A stretch of 64,000 nt of DNA from an uncultured Clostridia bacterium (GTDB lineage Bacteria > Bacillota > Clostridia > Oscillospirales > Oscillospiraceae). The stretch spans positions 137-64,136 of the forward strand of contig CAMGRL010000007.1 in NCBI GenBank assembly GCA_946061515.1, written 5' to 3'. This document shows, piece after piece, positions 1 through 12,824 of the stretch; position 1 is the first letter of the stretch, and the number at the start of each line of letters is the position of its first letter. The notes below the pieces were generated by a model. It was not told the origin of the DNA. It saw only the letters and a list, made by a program, of their open reading frames with translations, and ran no database searches. The translations under genes and the position numbers were made by a program.

Positions 1-2289
1 GCTGACGCCGAAGCGCTGCTCCTCGTCCACCACCAGCAGGCCCAGGTCCTTGAACTTCACATCCTTGGAGAGGAGCCTGTGGGTGCCGATGACCAGATCG
101 CACTTGCCAGTGGCCAGGTCGGAGAGGGTCTTTGCGGTCTGGCCGCCGGTCTTGAAGCGGCTGAGCACCGCGATATTCACCGGGAAGCCGAAGAAGCGCT
201 GCAAAGCGGTCTGATAGTGCTGCTGGGCCAGGACCGTGGTAGGCACCAGTATGGCGGCCTGTTTTCCGTCCAGCACGCACTTCATCACCGCCCGTAGGGC
301 CACCTCCGTTTTTCCGAAGCCCACGTCGCCGCAGAGCAGCCGGTCCATGGGGACGGAGGACTCCATATCCTTTTTGATCTCCGCCACGCAGCGGAGCTGG
401 TCGTCTGTTTCAGTATAGCCGAAGTTATCTTCAAACTCGGTCTGCCACTCGCTGTCCGGGGAAAAGGCATAGCCGGGGATGCGCTGCCGCTCGGCGTAGA
501 GGGCGATCAGCTTTTTCGCCATGTCCTTGGCCGCGCTCTTGGCCCGGGAGCGGGTCTTGGCCCACTCGGTGCCGCCCATTTTCGACAGCTTTACCGGCTT
601 TTCCTCCCCGCCGCCGGTGTATTTGGACACCAGGTCCAGCTGGGTGGCCGGGACGTAGAGACTGTCCGTCCCGGCGTAGCAGATTTTGATATAGTCCTTT
701 TCCAGCCCGTCCACCTGCATCTTCACGATGCCGGCGAAGCGGCCTATGCCGTGGTTTTCGTGCACCACATAGTCGCCCACGGACAGGTCGGCGCAGGATT
801 CGATCCGCTGCCGGCCGGGGCCCAGCTTTCTGTTCCGGGCTTTTTTGTTCTTTGTGCGGATCAGCTGAGCGTCGGTGAGCACGGCCAGCTTGATCCCCGG
901 ATATTCCATGCCGGCGGAAATGGAGCCGATGGTGATGCAGCACTTTCCAAAATCCGGCAGTTTTTCCGGCTTTTCGTAGATAAGGGCCGGGATATCGTGC
1001 TCACGGAAAAAGTCCTGCAGCACCTTGGCCCGCCGCTCGTCCCCCGCCAGGACCGCCACCCGGTAGTCCTGCTTCAGATAGAGCTTCACATCCTCCGCGG
1101 CGGCCTGGGCGCTGCCGGCGTAGGAGGGGAGCTGTTTTGCGGAGATGCTGGTAAGGGTTTTGGGCAAGAGGGGATTTCTGCCCACGGTGAAGGCGTCCGC
1201 CATGTACACCGGGTAGTCCTCCAGACGCTTGGCCAGCACCTCAAAGCTCAGATAGAAGCTGTCCGGGCTCATGGCCATCAGGCCCCGGCGGTTCAGCTCC
1301 TTGATATCCTCGCCCAGCTGCTTTGCGTAATCTCTGGCCCGCTCCGCGCAGCGGTTGGGCTGGTCCAGAATGACCACGGCGTCCGCCGGGATGTAATCCG
1401 CGCCGGAGGCCATGGGGTAAGTGATGGGCAGATAGCGGTCCGCGTCGGACATGGAAAGCTGGTTTTTCAGCCGCTCCGCGTCAGCGCGGAGGGTCTCCGC
1501 CAGCTTGGCCGCGTTGTCACTGCTGCGGCGCTTGGCGTACTTATCGGCAAAAGCCCCAATCTCCCTGGCAAGGGCCTCCGCCCCGCCCAGGGTCATGGTG
1601 GGCAGGGTCTCCGCCGCCGGGAGAATGACGCAGCTTTTCACCTGTTCGGTACGGCGCTGGCTCTCCACGTCAAAATGGCCCATGGAGTCGATCTCGTCGC
1701 CCCAGAACTCGATTCTCACCGGCTCATGGTCAAAGGGGGAGAAAAAGTCCAGAATACCGCCCCGGCGGGCAAACTGCCCGGGACCTTCCACCTGCTCGGT
1801 GCGGGAGTAGCCGCAGCGGAGCAGGGCGTCCTCCACATCCTCGGGCGGGCAGCTCTCCCCATCCGTGATGGTAAAGGCGGCCTTCATCAGCGTATCCGCG
1901 GGCATGGTGCGCTGGAGCAGGCCGGAGACGGAGGCCACAGCCAACGGCGCCTTGCCGGACGCCAGCGCATACAGGGCAGTAATGCGTTTCTGCTCCCCCT
2001 GCCGGGAGGCGGCCTCCGTGGCGTAGAAGGTGAAGTCCCGCATCCCCAGCACCGCCGCCTCTTCCCCGAGCATGGCGCGCAGGTCGTTGGCAAAGTTCTC
2101 CGCCGTTGTGTCGTCCGGGCAGATCACAAAAATGGGCGCGCCGGTCCTCTGCCGCAGCGCGGCGGCGAGATTTGCCCGGTGTACGGCGGATAGGCCGGAA
2201 ACGAGCGCAGGAAGCCCTCCGCTCTCCAGCAGACCGGGGAGGGCGGCGGCTTCCTTATTTTCAAAAATCTGGTCAATCAGAATGTTCAT
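1..2289 (-). CDS. mfd: Transcription-repair coupling factor Mfd, N-terminal ~763 codons. The 3' end lies beyond the left edge, so it is absent from the ORF track.
   Basis: Hand translation of the minus strand. Start MNILIDQIFENKEAAALPGLLESGGLPALVSGL at 2289. Helicase motif I is MDRLLCGDVGFGKTEVALRAVM (about nt 280-345). DLGLLVVDEEQRFGV at nt 1-50 is the Mfd-type DEEQ box. Plus-strand ORF 751..2193 is its antisense shadow. Confidence 0.9.
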   Translation of the reverse strand, partial: MNILIDQIFENKEAAALPGLLESGGLPALVSGLSAVHRANLAAALRQRTGAPIFVICPDDTTAENFANDLRAMLGEEAAVLGMRDFTFYATEAASRQGEQKRITALYALASGKAPLAVASVSGLLQRTMPADTLMKAAFTITDGESCPPEDVEDALLRCGYSRTEQVEGPGQFARRGGILDFFSPFDHEPVRIEFWGDEIDSMGHFDVESQRRTEQVKSCVILPAAETLPTMTLGGAEALAREIGAFADKYAKRRSSDNAAKLAETLRADAERLKNQLSMSDADRYLPITYPMASGADYIPADAVVILDQPNRCAERARDYAKQLGEDIKELNRRGLMAMSPDSFYLSFEVLAKRLEDYPVYMADAFTVGRNPLLPKTLTSISAKQLPSYAGSAQAAAEDVKLYLKQDYRVAVLAGDERRAKVLQDFFREHDIPALIYEKPEKLPDFGKCCITIGSISAGMEYPGIKLAVLTDAQLIRTKNKKARNRKLGPGRQRIESCADLSVGDYVVHENHGIGRFAGIVKMQVDGLEKDYIKICYAGTDSLYVPATQLDLVSKYTGGGEEKPVKLSKMGGTEWAKTRSRAKSAAKDMAKKLIALYAERQRIPGYAFSPDSEWQTEFEDNFGYTETDDQLRCVAEIKKDMESSVPMDRLLCGDVGFGKTEVALRAVMKCVLDGKQAAILVPTTVLAQQHYQTALQRFFGFPVNIAVLSRFKTGGQTAKTLSDLATGKCDLVIGTHRLLSKDVKFKDLGLLVVDEEQRFGVS

Positions 2290-2298
2290 ACCTGTGGG

Positions 2299-2327
2299 AT
2301 TATACCACGAAAAAAGCGCGTAATCAA
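2299..2327 (-). promoter_or_regulatory. Sigma-A type promoter TTGATT-17 nt-TATAAT with TGn extension, immediately upstream of mfd
   Basis: Minus strand reads gcgaTTGATTacgcgcttttttcgTGgTATAATcccacaggtATG. The -35 is 2322-2327 and the -10 is 2299-2304. Only 9 nt separate the -10 from the mfd ATG. Confidence 0.55.
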
Positions 2328-2346
2328 TCGCTTTTCTGCTATAGGC

Positions 2347-2386
2347 AAAAGGCATAACAGCCACTCTGAGCTGTTATGCCTTTTTT
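2347..2386. terminator. Rho-independent hairpin (ggcataacagc / gctgttatgcc) flanked by A- and T-tracts, downstream of the GNAT gene
   Basis: 11-bp perfect stem at 2351-2361 and 2370-2380, with a U-tract possible on either strand. Confidence 0.55.
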
Positions 2387-2387
2387 A

Positions 2388-2972
2388 TTACTCAGCGGTC
2401 TTTTTCACCGGCCTGATATCCACCAGCCGGTTCATGGCAAAGGGTGAGAGGAAGCGGGAATAGAAGTCCGCCATCACCCGGTGCAGCACAGGCTCAAGCT
2501 CCGCGCTTCCCCGGATGGGCTTGATCATCACCAGGGCGTCCCCGCCGCCGATGCGGTAATCGCTCTCCGCCTCCACATAGCCGAAGCGGGCCAGAAAGCG
2601 CTGAAGCTTTCTGCGGCGCTGGGGCTCGTCCTCGGGGTATTCGGTAAGCTCGGCAATGATGCCCTGCCGGTCCGCATAGCGCTTATTGATCAGGCGCATG
2701 GACTCGATGCCTATGCCCTGCTCACGGCACCAGGGCATGACGGACAGGTACTTCAGCAGCACATAACCGTAGAGACTTTTGGTGGCCACCAGCGCAAAGG
2801 CCAGGTCCATTTTACTCTCCTCATCCACCACGGCCAGCAGCTCCATAGAACCGTTGGTCAGTGCCTTATGTACGGAAAGCTTGGGCAGCATCTCCCGGCT
2901 GTCAAAGTCCATCTCAAAGAGCTGATAATATCTCTCCAGCTCTTTATGCCCGCATTTTCGGATGCTCAGCAT
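2388..2972 (-). CDS. GNAT family N-acetyltransferase
   Basis: ORF 2388..3008. The preferred start is [11 protein letters not shown] at 2972, preceded by ggaaaaGGAGGaaacatc. The acetyl-CoA-binding-like core is WCREQGIGIESMRLINKRYA. Overlaps the upstream ABC gene stop by 7 nt. Confidence 0.75.
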   Translation of the reverse strand: MLSIRKCGHKELERYYQLFEMDFDSREMLPKLSVHKALTNGSMELLAVVDEESKMDLAFALVATKSLYGYVLLKYLSVMPWCREQGIGIESMRLINKRYADRQGIIAELTEYPEDEPQRRRKLQRFLARFGYVEAESDYRIGGGDALVMIKPIRGSAELEPVLHRVMADFYSRFLSPFAMNRLVDIRPVKKTAE

Positions 2973-4723
2973 GATGTTTCCTCCTTTTCCATGCTCTGTG
3001 CGCGGCAAAGCGCAGCGTATATTCCGTCTTTATCCATAAGCTCCTTATGGGAGCCCATTTCCACAATATGCTCCCCCTCCACCACGGCGATCACATCGGC
3101 GTTTTTGATGGTGGAAAGGCGGTGGGCGATGATAATGGTGGTGCGGCCCTGGCTCAGTTGGTCCAGAGAGGCCTGGATCCGCTGCTCGGTGACCGTGTCC
3201 AGGGCGGAAGTGGCCTCGTCCAGGATCAGGATCTTGGGGTTTTTCAAAAATACTCTGGCAATGGACAATCTCTGTTTCTGTCCGCCGGAGAGCATGACGC
3301 CCCGCTCGCCGATATAGCTGTCGTAGCCGTCGGGCATTTCCATGATCTCGTTATGGATCTCCGCTCTGACCGCCGCCTGAACGATCTCTTCGTCGGTGGC
3401 GTCAGGCCGGCCATAGCGGATATTCTCCCTTATGGTCCCGGCAAACATGAACACATCCTGCTGGATGATACCGATATTCCGGCGCAGGCTGCTCTGGGTA
3501 ACGTCCCGCACATCCACACCGTCTACACTGACGCTGCCGCCGCAGACGTCGTAAAAACGGGGCAGGAGCTGGCAGAGGGTGGTCTTTCCGCCGCCGGAGG
3601 GGCCTACAACGGCCAGACACTCTCCCGGATTTACATGCAGATCAATATGGCTGAGAACGGGGATACCGTTGCCGTAGTCAAAGGACACGTCCTTATACTC
3701 GATCTCGCCCCGGACCGGTCCCATCTCTTTGGCGTCGGGTTTATCCTTTATGCCCGGCTCGGTGCGCATGATCTCCAGAAAACGGCTGAAGCCCGCGGAG
3801 CCCTGCATATACATCTCGGAAAACTGGGCAAGCTTTCTCACCGGAGTGACGAAGGTGGACACATAGAGGGAAAAGGTGACCAGATCCACATAATCCATTT
3901 TCCCGTCCATGATCAGCAGACCGCCCACGGCGATGACCAGTACATGAACAATGCCGGTGGTAAACTCCATGCCGCTCATAAAAAGGCCCATGGTTTTGTA
4001 GTACTCCACCTTGGAACTGCGGAACAGCTCGTTGGCCTGGTCGAACTTGTCGCTCTCCTGCTGCTCGTTGGCAAAGGCCTTGGCTGTGCGGATGCCGGAT
4101 ATGCTGCTTTCTATGGCGGCGTATATCTCGGCGGTTTTTTTCTTTACCTCAATATTGGCCTTTTTCATCCGGATCCGTTGGGACAGGGTAAACCAGAGGC
4201 ATACAGGCAGCACCACCGTCAGCACCAGAGCAAGCCGCCACTCAATGGTGTACATCACGGCCAGAGAGCCGACGATGGTCAGCGAGCAGATGATCACATT
4301 TTCCGGCCCATGGTGGGCAAGCTCTGTGATCTCAAAAAGGTCGCTGGTGATGCGGCTCATCAGTACGCCGGTGCGGTTTTTATCGTAAAAGCTGCAGGAC
4401 AGATCCTGCATATGGGTGAAGATGTCCCGCCGCATATCGGATTCCACCAGCACACCCATGCGGTGGCCCACAACGGTTATCACATAATAGAGAACGGCCT
4501 TGAGAAAATAGGCCAACGCCATAATGCCCATTACCGCAAAGAAGGCGGGAAAAAGCTTTTCCGGCAGCAGCCGGTTCATGGACACTCTGGACACATAGGG
4601 AAATACCAGATCGATGATGGAAACAGTCAGCGCGCAGAGCATGTCCACCGCAAAGAGCTTTCTGTGCCCGGCGATGTAGGATATAAAAATTTTAAAAGGA
4701 TTGTCGTTATAATTTCTCTTCAT
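2966..4723 (-). CDS. ABC transporter, fused permease/ATP-binding protein (MsbA/multidrug-exporter type)
   Basis: Six-TM N-terminal half. Walker A is GPSGGGKTT, the signature is [13 protein letters not shown] and Walker B is [12 protein letters not shown]. The preferred start is [11 protein letters not shown] at 4723 after a GGGGGAG RBS. Confidence 0.88.
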   Translation of the reverse strand: MKRNYNDNPFKIFISYIAGHRKLFAVDMLCALTVSIIDLVFPYVSRVSMNRLLPEKLFPAFFAVMGIMALAYFLKAVLYYVITVVGHRMGVLVESDMRRDIFTHMQDLSCSFYDKNRTGVLMSRITSDLFEITELAHHGPENVIICSLTIVGSLAVMYTIEWRLALVLTVVLPVCLWFTLSQRIRMKKANIEVKKKTAEIYAAIESSISGIRTAKAFANEQQESDKFDQANELFRSSKVEYYKTMGLFMSGMEFTTGIVHVLVIAVGGLLIMDGKMDYVDLVTFSLYVSTFVTPVRKLAQFSEMYMQGSAGFSRFLEIMRTEPGIKDKPDAKEMGPVRGEIEYKDVSFDYGNGIPVLSHIDLHVNPGECLAVVGPSGGGKTTLCQLLPRFYDVCGGSVSVDGVDVRDVTQSSLRRNIGIIQQDVFMFAGTIRENIRYGRPDATDEEIVQAAVRAEIHNEIMEMPDGYDSYIGERGVMLSGGQKQRLSIARVFLKNPKILILDEATSALDTVTEQRIQASLDQLSQGRTTIIIAHRLSTIKNADVIAVVEGEHIVEMGSHKELMDKDGIYAALCRAQSMEKEETSC

Positions 4724-5174
4724 TATCTCCCCCGCCGTCTGCGTATTTGTCCCGCTGGGCCACGGCCAGCGCGTCGCAGCGGTTATTGTATTCATTGTCG
4801 GCGTGTCCCTTGACCCAGTGGTAATGCAGCTGGTGCTTTTCCGTCAGTGCCAGCAAAATTTCCCACAGGTCGCTGTTCAGCGCAGGCTTTTTGTCGGACT
4901 TGATCCAGCCCCTTTTCCGCCAGGAGACTGCCCAGCCCTTTTCCAGCGCGTCGATCACATACTTGGAATCGGAGTAGAGCTCCACAACGCAGGGTTCCTT
5001 CAGGGCCTGCAGCGCGGAGATCACGCCGGTCAGCTCCATGCGGTTGTTGGTGGTCTGGGCTGCGCCGCCGGAAAGCTCCTTTTCCACGCCGTTATAGCAC
5101 AGCAGCGCCCCCCAGCCGCCCGGGCCGGGGTTGCCGCTGCATGCGCCGTCTGTATAGATGGTGACTGTTTTCAT
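4707..5174 (-). CDS. rnhA: Ribonuclease HI
   Basis: [45 protein letters not shown] and [19 protein letters not shown] are the canonical RNase H DEDD motifs. Confidence 0.92.
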   Translation of the reverse strand: MKTVTIYTDGACSGNPGPGGWGALLCYNGVEKELSGGAAQTTNNRMELTGVISALQALKEPCVVELYSDSKYVIDALEKGWAVSWRKRGWIKSDKKPALNSDLWEILLALTEKHQLHYHWVKGHADNEYNNRCDALAVAQRDKYADGGGDNEEKL

Positions 5175-5180
5175 GAAAGC

Positions 5181-5627
5181 TCAGATATTTCTCTCATACC
5201 GGGACAAGAGGACCTTGTATTCCTCTTTGTCGATGATTCCGTTTTTCAGAAAGCCGTCCAGCTGGGCAATGCGCCGCTGCCGGTCCCGCTGAAAATTTTC
5301 CGCTGAGGCGTTTTCATTGTAGACCGCCTGGGGCGTATACACCGGTCTTTCCACCGGCTTCGGCGCGTTCTGACGCCGGTCATTGTCCGGCCTTGTCCAC
5401 CGTACAGGGACAGACTCCGCAGATTTTTTCTGCGCGGCCTTTTTCCCCGCCTTTACCGCAATGACCAATATGACGATAATCAGGGCAATGGCGAAGAAAA
5501 ACAGGATGACGCCGCCCCCGCCTGCGCTGATGACGTTCATCAGAATAATAAAGCCCAGGGCGATAAGTATGCCTTTTCCGCCGCCTGACTGCTTCTTTTT
5601 ACTGCTCTGTCTTTCTTGGTCGTTCAT
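5181..5627 (-). CDS. Membrane protein with a C-terminal SHOCT-like domain
   Basis: Gly-rich N-terminus, one or two TM helices (ILIALGFIILMNVISAGGGGVILFFFAIALIIVILVIAV) and a C-terminal LDGFLKNGIIDKEEYKVLLSRYERNI. RBS is AAGGAGG. Confidence 0.6.
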   Translation of the reverse strand: MNDQERQSSKKKQSGGGKGILIALGFIILMNVISAGGGGVILFFFAIALIIVILVIAVKAGKKAAQKKSAESVPVRWTRPDNDRRQNAPKPVERPVYTPQAVYNENASAENFQRDRQRRIAQLDGFLKNGIIDKEEYKVLLSRYERNI

Positions 5628-5669
5628 TGAATGGCCTCCTTAATCTGGACTCCCATAACGGGATCAGGA

Positions 5670-8150
5670 TCATTCTTTGGCGCTTTCCTCATCGATCTCT
5701 TTTTCTGTCTTTTCCATGGAGATGACCTTGCTGCCCTCCATCAGGCGCATGACGCGCACGCCCTGGGTGGCCCGGCCCAAAACGGAGATGTGGTCCGCCG
5801 CCATGCGGATGATGGTGCCGTCGTCGGAGATGACAAGAATATCGTCCTCCGGATCCACCATTCTCACCGCGGCCACGTTGCCGGTCTTTTCGGTCACATT
5901 GTAGTTCTTAATGCCGATGCCGCCTCTGCCGTGGATGCTGTACTCCTCCAGCTCGGTGCGCTTGCCGTAGCCCTTTTCGGTGATGCTGAGCAGCTGCTGT
6001 CCCTCAGCGCTGCTGCCGGCACCCACCACAAAGTCGCCCTCCCGGAGGCGGATGCCGCGAACGCCCACGGCGGTGCGGCCCATGGGGCGCACATCGTTTT
6101 CGTTAAAGCAGACCGCAAGGCCCTTGTTGGTGGCGATCAGGATATTTTCGTCTCCCGTGGTAGGCAGAACGGAGATCAGCTCATCCCCCTCGTCCAGGGT
6201 CAGGGCCCGGATGCCGTTTGCCCGGATGTTCTTCAATGCCGCCTGGCTCATGCGCTTGACAGTGCCGTTTCTTGTGACAAACATCAGATAGCTGTCCTCA
6301 TCCAGGGCGCGGCCCCGGATCATGGCACTGACCTTTTCGCCGGTGTCGATCTGGATGATGTTGATGATATTGGTGCCCCTGGCGTTTCTGCCGGCCTCGG
6401 GGATGTTATAGCCCTTCTTGATATAGACCCGGCCTGTGTCGGTAAAGAAGAGGATATTGTCGTGGGTGGAAGCGGTAAACACCGTCTCCACATAGTCCTC
6501 GTCCTTGGTGGCCATGGCGCGGACGCCCTTGCCGCCCCGGCCCTGGGCCCGGTATTCACTGACGGGCAGGCGCTTGATATAGCCGCCGTGGGTCAGGGTA
6601 AAGACACACTGCTCCTCCTCGATCAGATCTTCAATGTCGATCTCGTCGGCCACGTCCTGGATCTCCGTCCGGCGCTCGTCGCCGAACTTGTCTCTCAGGA
6701 CGATCAGCTCATCCTTCAAAACGCCCTTAATGAGCTCGGGGTCGGCAAGCAGGCTCTTATAGTAACGGATCTTCTCCTCCAGCTCCTTGTACTCCTGCTC
6801 CAGCTTTTCCCGGTTCAGACCCTGAAGAGAGATCAGGCGCATGTCGCAGATGGCCTGGGCCTGCACCTCGGACAGACCGAAGCGCTTCATCAGGTTCTGT
6901 TTGGCGTCGTCATAGCTGCTGCGGATGATGCGGATGACCTCGTCGATGTTGTCCTGGGCGATGAGCAGGCCCTCCAACAGATGGGCGCGCTCCTCGGCCT
7001 TGCGCAGGTCGTATTTTGTGCGCCGGACGATGACTTCCTCCTGGAAGTTCAGATATTCGTCCAGAATATGCCGCAGGGAGAGGATCTTCGGCTGGGTCTG
7101 GTTATTCACCAGCGCCAGCATATTGATGGAGAAGCTGGACTGCAGCGCCGTCTGGGCGAAGAGCCGGTTCAGCACCACCTGGGGATTGGCGTCCCGCTTC
7201 AGCTCGATGACAATGCGCATACCGTTACGGTCCGTCTCATCCCGCAGGTCGGAGATACCCTCCAGCCGCTTTTCATGGACCTGGTCGGCGATATTTTTGA
7301 TGAGCTGGCGCTTATTCACCTGATAGGGAAGCTCTGTGACGATGATGCGGGTGCGGTTCTGGCCGAACTCCTCAAACTCCGCCCGGGCGCGGACGATGAC
7401 CTTTCCCCGGCCGGTGGCATAGGCCTGGCGTATGCCGCTTCTGCCCATGATGATGCCCCGGGTGGGAAAGTCCGGCCCGCTGATGTGCTGCATCAGGTCA
7501 TTTAAGGTGGCGTCCGGATCGTCCAGAACGCAGATGCAGGCGTTGATGACCTCTCTCAGGTTATGGGGCGGGATATTGGTGGCCATGCCCACGGCGATGC
7601 CGCTGGAGCCGTTGACAAGAAGGTTGGGGAAGCGGGAGGGCAGAACCCTGGGTTCCTTGCGGCTCTCGTCGAAGTTGGGGTCCCAGTCCACGGTTTCCTT
7701 GTCGATATCCCGCAGCATTTCGTTGGAAATTTTGGAAAGTCTCGCCTCGGTATAACGGTAGGCGGCAGGGGGGTCGCCGTCCACGGAGCCGAAGTTGCCG
7801 TGACCGTCCACCAGCATGTAGCGCATGGAGAAATCCTGAGCCAGACGCACCATGGCGTCGTAGACAGAGGCGTCTCCGTGGGGGTGGTAGTGACCCAGCA
7901 CGTCGCCCACGCAGGTGGCGGACTTCTTGAAGGGCTTGTCGCTGGTGAGACCGCCCTCATACATGGTATACAGAATACGCCGGTGGACGGGCTTCAATCC
8001 GTCCCGCACATCGGGCAGGGCTCTGCCCACGATGACAGACATGGCGTAGTCAATATAGCTGGTCTGCATCTCGCTTACCAGCTCCGATTCGGTTATGACC
8101 TGATTGGGAAATGCGATATCCTCAGGTTTGTAATCTCTTTTATGTGCCAT
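5670..8150 (-). CDS. gyrA: DNA gyrase subunit A
   Basis: 826 aa. Contains [27 protein letters not shown], the active-site region [10 protein letters not shown], and C-terminal beta-pinwheel repeats. Confidence 0.97.
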   Translation of the reverse strand: MAHKRDYKPEDIAFPNQVITESELVSEMQTSYIDYAMSVIVGRALPDVRDGLKPVHRRILYTMYEGGLTSDKPFKKSATCVGDVLGHYHPHGDASVYDAMVRLAQDFSMRYMLVDGHGNFGSVDGDPPAAYRYTEARLSKISNEMLRDIDKETVDWDPNFDESRKEPRVLPSRFPNLLVNGSSGIAVGMATNIPPHNLREVINACICVLDDPDATLNDLMQHISGPDFPTRGIIMGRSGIRQAYATGRGKVIVRARAEFEEFGQNRTRIIVTELPYQVNKRQLIKNIADQVHEKRLEGISDLRDETDRNGMRIVIELKRDANPQVVLNRLFAQTALQSSFSINMLALVNNQTQPKILSLRHILDEYLNFQEEVIVRRTKYDLRKAEERAHLLEGLLIAQDNIDEVIRIIRSSYDDAKQNLMKRFGLSEVQAQAICDMRLISLQGLNREKLEQEYKELEEKIRYYKSLLADPELIKGVLKDELIVLRDKFGDERRTEIQDVADEIDIEDLIEEEQCVFTLTHGGYIKRLPVSEYRAQGRGGKGVRAMATKDEDYVETVFTASTHDNILFFTDTGRVYIKKGYNIPEAGRNARGTNIINIIQIDTGEKVSAMIRGRALDEDSYLMFVTRNGTVKRMSQAALKNIRANGIRALTLDEGDELISVLPTTGDENILIATNKGLAVCFNENDVRPMGRTAVGVRGIRLREGDFVVGAGSSAEGQQLLSITEKGYGKRTELEEYSIHGRGGIGIKNYNVTEKTGNVAAVRMVDPEDDILVISDDGTIIRMAADHISVLGRATQGVRVMRLMEGSKVISMEKTEKEIDEESAKE

Positions 8151-8164
8151 ATAACCTCACTTCC

Positions 8165-10096
<1,932 letters not shown>

Positions 10097-10129
10097 TGAT
10101 TTTCCTCAACTTTCCTTCTTGGAACATAT

Positions 10130-10387
10130 TTATAACATGCCGGACTCCGCCCGGCGAAGCAGTGTGGCGCAAGCCATCTGACTGAGATAGACAGTTTTTT
10201 TCTCCCGCTCACAGCAGACTACAAAGGATTTGGGAATATCCTCCGCGGCGTTGATGACCTGTCCGGCCTTTTCGGCCATGTTCAGGTATTTTCTGGTGAG
10301 ATGGGACTGAGAGGTGATATCCAGGTCGAATATGCCGATGATTTCCCCGGTATTGACCACTGTTCCTTTGCCAAGGTGAAGATACAT
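10130..10387 (-). CDS. remB: DUF370 / extracellular matrix regulator RemB-like protein
   Basis: 85 aa, [23 protein letters not shown]. It occupies the conserved Firmicute position between recF and gyrB. Confidence 0.72.
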   Translation of the reverse strand: MYLHLGKGTVVNTGEIIGIFDLDITSQSHLTRKYLNMAEKAGQVINAAEDIPKSFVVCCEREKKTVYLSQMACATLLRRAESGML

Positions 10388-11487
10388 CAGCGTATCCTGC
10401 CTTTCTCCACAAACAGGACACGGCCGCCGGTGCGGCTGGAGATACCCTCGTCCTCGCAGCAGGTGATGAGGGTCTGTCCGCCGCCAATGCGGTTGAGCAC
10501 AAATTCCTGCCGCTTCACGTCAAGTTCGGACAGCACGTCATCCAGCAGGAGAATGGGATATTCCCCTGTTTCCGCCAGGAAGATCTCCCGCTCGGCCAGC
10601 TTGATGGACAGGGCCGCCGTCCTGGTCTGGCCCTGGGAGGCAAAGCTCCTGGCCGGTCTGCCGTTTATGGCAATTTCCAGATCATCCTTGTGTGCGCCGG
10701 TGAGGCACTGACCGCTTTCGATCTCCGCCTGCCGGTGCTTTTCCTGGTGCTCACAGATATCGTAATAGATTTCCCTGGTACTGCCATAAATATTTTTCAC
10801 GGTGCTGACGGTGGAATAGCTGATGGACAGCTCTTCCCCCGCGCCGGAAAATTCGCTGTGTATGGGAGCTGCCGCCTGGTTCAGTCTTGCGGCAAAAGCG
10901 GACCTGAAACGGATCAGCTGAGCGGAGTCCCTGCACATCCCGTCGGAAAATTCGTCCAGAGTATCCAGCAGAGAGGGCTTTTCCCGCCAGTCCTTCAAAA
11001 TCCGGCTCTTATGCTCATAGAGCCGGTTAAACTCCGACAGGATCTCCCCATATCTGGGCCTGATCTGGCTGATGGCGTTATCCATCAGCCTCCGCCTTAC
11101 CGCCGCGCCCTCTTTAATGAGGTTCAGATCATCCGGGCAGAAAAGCACCGTATTGATGACCTGAGATAGCTCCCCGGAGGATTTTTTCACGCCGTTTACC
11201 AGAATCTTTTTGGCATAGCCCGGCCGGATTAGAATGTTGATGGTCTGGCTGCGGTCGTGGCTCACCACATCGGCCAGGATCTCCGCCGAGGAATAGCCAA
11301 AGCCGACCAGCTCTTTATCAAACCGGGTGCGGAAGCTGCGCCCGGCCGAGAGCATATAGACAGCCTCCAGCAGATTGGTTTTCCCCTGAGCGTTACGGCC
11401 CGATATGACATTGGTCCCGCTGCCGAATTCCGCTGTTTCCCATTCATAGTTGCGAAATCCGTTCAGTGCGATCTTTTCAACTCTCAT
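10387..11487 (-). CDS. recF: DNA replication and repair protein RecF
   Basis: 366 aa. Contains LNGFRNY, Walker [14 protein letters not shown], the signature [16 protein letters not shown] and [12 protein letters not shown]. Confidence 0.95.
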   Translation of the reverse strand: MRVEKIALNGFRNYEWETAEFGSGTNVISGRNAQGKTNLLEAVYMLSAGRSFRTRFDKELVGFGYSSAEILADVVSHDRSQTINILIRPGYAKKILVNGVKKSSGELSQVINTVLFCPDDLNLIKEGAAVRRRLMDNAISQIRPRYGEILSEFNRLYEHKSRILKDWREKPSLLDTLDEFSDGMCRDSAQLIRFRSAFAARLNQAAAPIHSEFSGAGEELSISYSTVSTVKNIYGSTREIYYDICEHQEKHRQAEIESGQCLTGAHKDDLEIAINGRPARSFASQGQTRTAALSIKLAEREIFLAETGEYPILLLDDVLSELDVKRQEFVLNRIGGGQTLITCCEDEGISSRTGGRVLFVEKGRIR

Positions 11488-11696
11488 CCCTTTGTCACTT
11501 CAAGGCTGAAGCGGTCAAAATCCACTCTGTCGCCGGGATAGATTTTCTTTCCCCGCATGGTGCAGACTTCGCCGTTCACCTTAACCATGCCCTCGCTGAT
11601 CACATATTTTGCCTCTCCGCCGGTACCTACCAGTGCCGCAAATTTCAGCAGGGAATCCAGTTTGATAAATTCTGTATTAATAGTTATTTTTTCCAT
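11484..11696 (-). CDS. yaaA: S4-domain RNA-binding protein YaaA
   Basis: 70 aa, [46 protein letters not shown]. It has the conserved dnaN-yaaA-recF position and a 4-nt overlap with recF. Confidence 0.8.
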   Translation of the reverse strand: MEKITINTEFIKLDSLLKFAALVGTGGEAKYVISEGMVKVNGEVCTMRGKKIYPGDRVDFDRFSLEVTKG

Positions 11697-11708
11697 TTTT
11701 CTCTCTTA

Positions 11709-12824
11709 TCAGTCGCCCGCGCGCAGACGCACAGGAAGGATCATATAGGTAAATGCCCCGCTTCCGTCCGCCGCGTCGATCACGCAGGGGGAGGAGGCGG
11801 TATTCAGGCAGATATTCAGCTTATCCGTGCCGGAGGCGGCCTTCAGGGCGTCCATCAGATAGCGGTCGTTAAAGCCGATCTCCAGTCCTTCAACGCTGCC
11901 CTCGCAGGTGCAGATGTCCTCCGCTTTGCCGATGGGGGTGAGGCAGAGGCAGTCAATGCTGCCGTCGTGGAAATTGAGTCTGACGGGGCTGCTGTTCTTT
12001 TCGCTGATGATCAGGGCCACACGGTCGATGGTGGACATAAATTCCGCTCTCTCCACCTGAACGGTAAAGCGGAACTTGTCGGGAATGGATTTGCGGTAAT
12101 TGAGAAATTCGCCTTCCAGCCGGCGGGTGACCACCACGGTCTCCCCGATGGAGAAGGAGATGTGCTTTGCGCCCACGGAAATGCTCACCTTATCTTCCGT
12201 GTCGGCGCAGATGCGCTCGATATCGGAAAGGGCGGAGCCGGGAACCACAAAACTGCAGTTTTCCACATTTTCGCCTTCGATTTTCTCGCAGCGCTTGGCC
12301 AGACGGTAGCCGTCAACGGAAACCAGAGTCAGCTCGCCGTCCTCTATTTCAAAGAGGGTGCCGGTGTAGATGGGGCGCACATCGCTGTCGGACACAGCAA
12401 AAATTGTCTGGTTGATCATGGTTTTCAGCAGCTTCTGGGGCAGGTCTATATGGTTCAGGCCGTCTACGCTGGGCATTTCCGGATAATCGTCCGCGCTGAT
12501 GCCCATGAAGTTAAACTGGCTTTTTCCGCATTTTACATTGATGTTGTTGTTTTCATCGGCGCTGATGCTGACAATGCCATCCGGCAGGCGGCGGATCATT
12601 TCGCCGAAAAGCCGTGCTCCCACAACAACGGAGCCGGTCTGCTCGATGTCTGCGCCGATATTGGTGTATATGCCTTCTTTCAGGTCGTAGCCGGTAACTC
12701 TCACATCTGTGTCCGCCTGGATCAGCAGACCTTCAAGAGCCGGGATAGGGCTTTTGGATGCCGTTGCTCTTGAGGCAATGGTGCAGGCAGACTGGAGCAG
12801 ATATTTTTCACAGGTAAATTTCAT
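11709..12824 (-). CDS. dnaN: DNA polymerase III beta sliding clamp
   Basis: 371 aa, MKFTCEKYLLQSACTIASRATASKSPIPALEGLLI, with a three-domain length. Confidence 0.95.
   Translation of the reverse strand: MKFTCEKYLLQSACTIASRATASKSPIPALEGLLIQADTDVRVTGYDLKEGIYTNIGADIEQTGSVVVGARLFGEMIRRLPDGIVSISADENNNINVKCGKSQFNFMGISADDYPEMPSVDGLNHIDLPQKLLKTMINQTIFAVSDSDVRPIYTGTLFEIEDGELTLVSVDGYRLAKRCEKIEGENVENCSFVVPGSALSDIERICADTEDKVSISVGAKHISFSIGETVVVTRRLEGEFLNYRKSIPDKFRFTVQVERAEFMSTIDRVALIISEKNSSPVRLNFHDGSIDCLCLTPIGKAEDICTCEGSVEGLEIGFNDRYLMDALKAASGTDKLNICLNTASSPCVIDAADGSGAFTYMILPVRLRAGD

Noticed and set aside
751-7505. Long plus-strand ORFs 751..2193, 3047..4813 and 5631..7505
   Set aside because: These are antisense shadows of mfd, the ABC exporter and gyrA. 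Their translations are rich in Gly, His, Leu, Ala and Arg and carry no motifs, while the minus-strand products carry textbook motifs.
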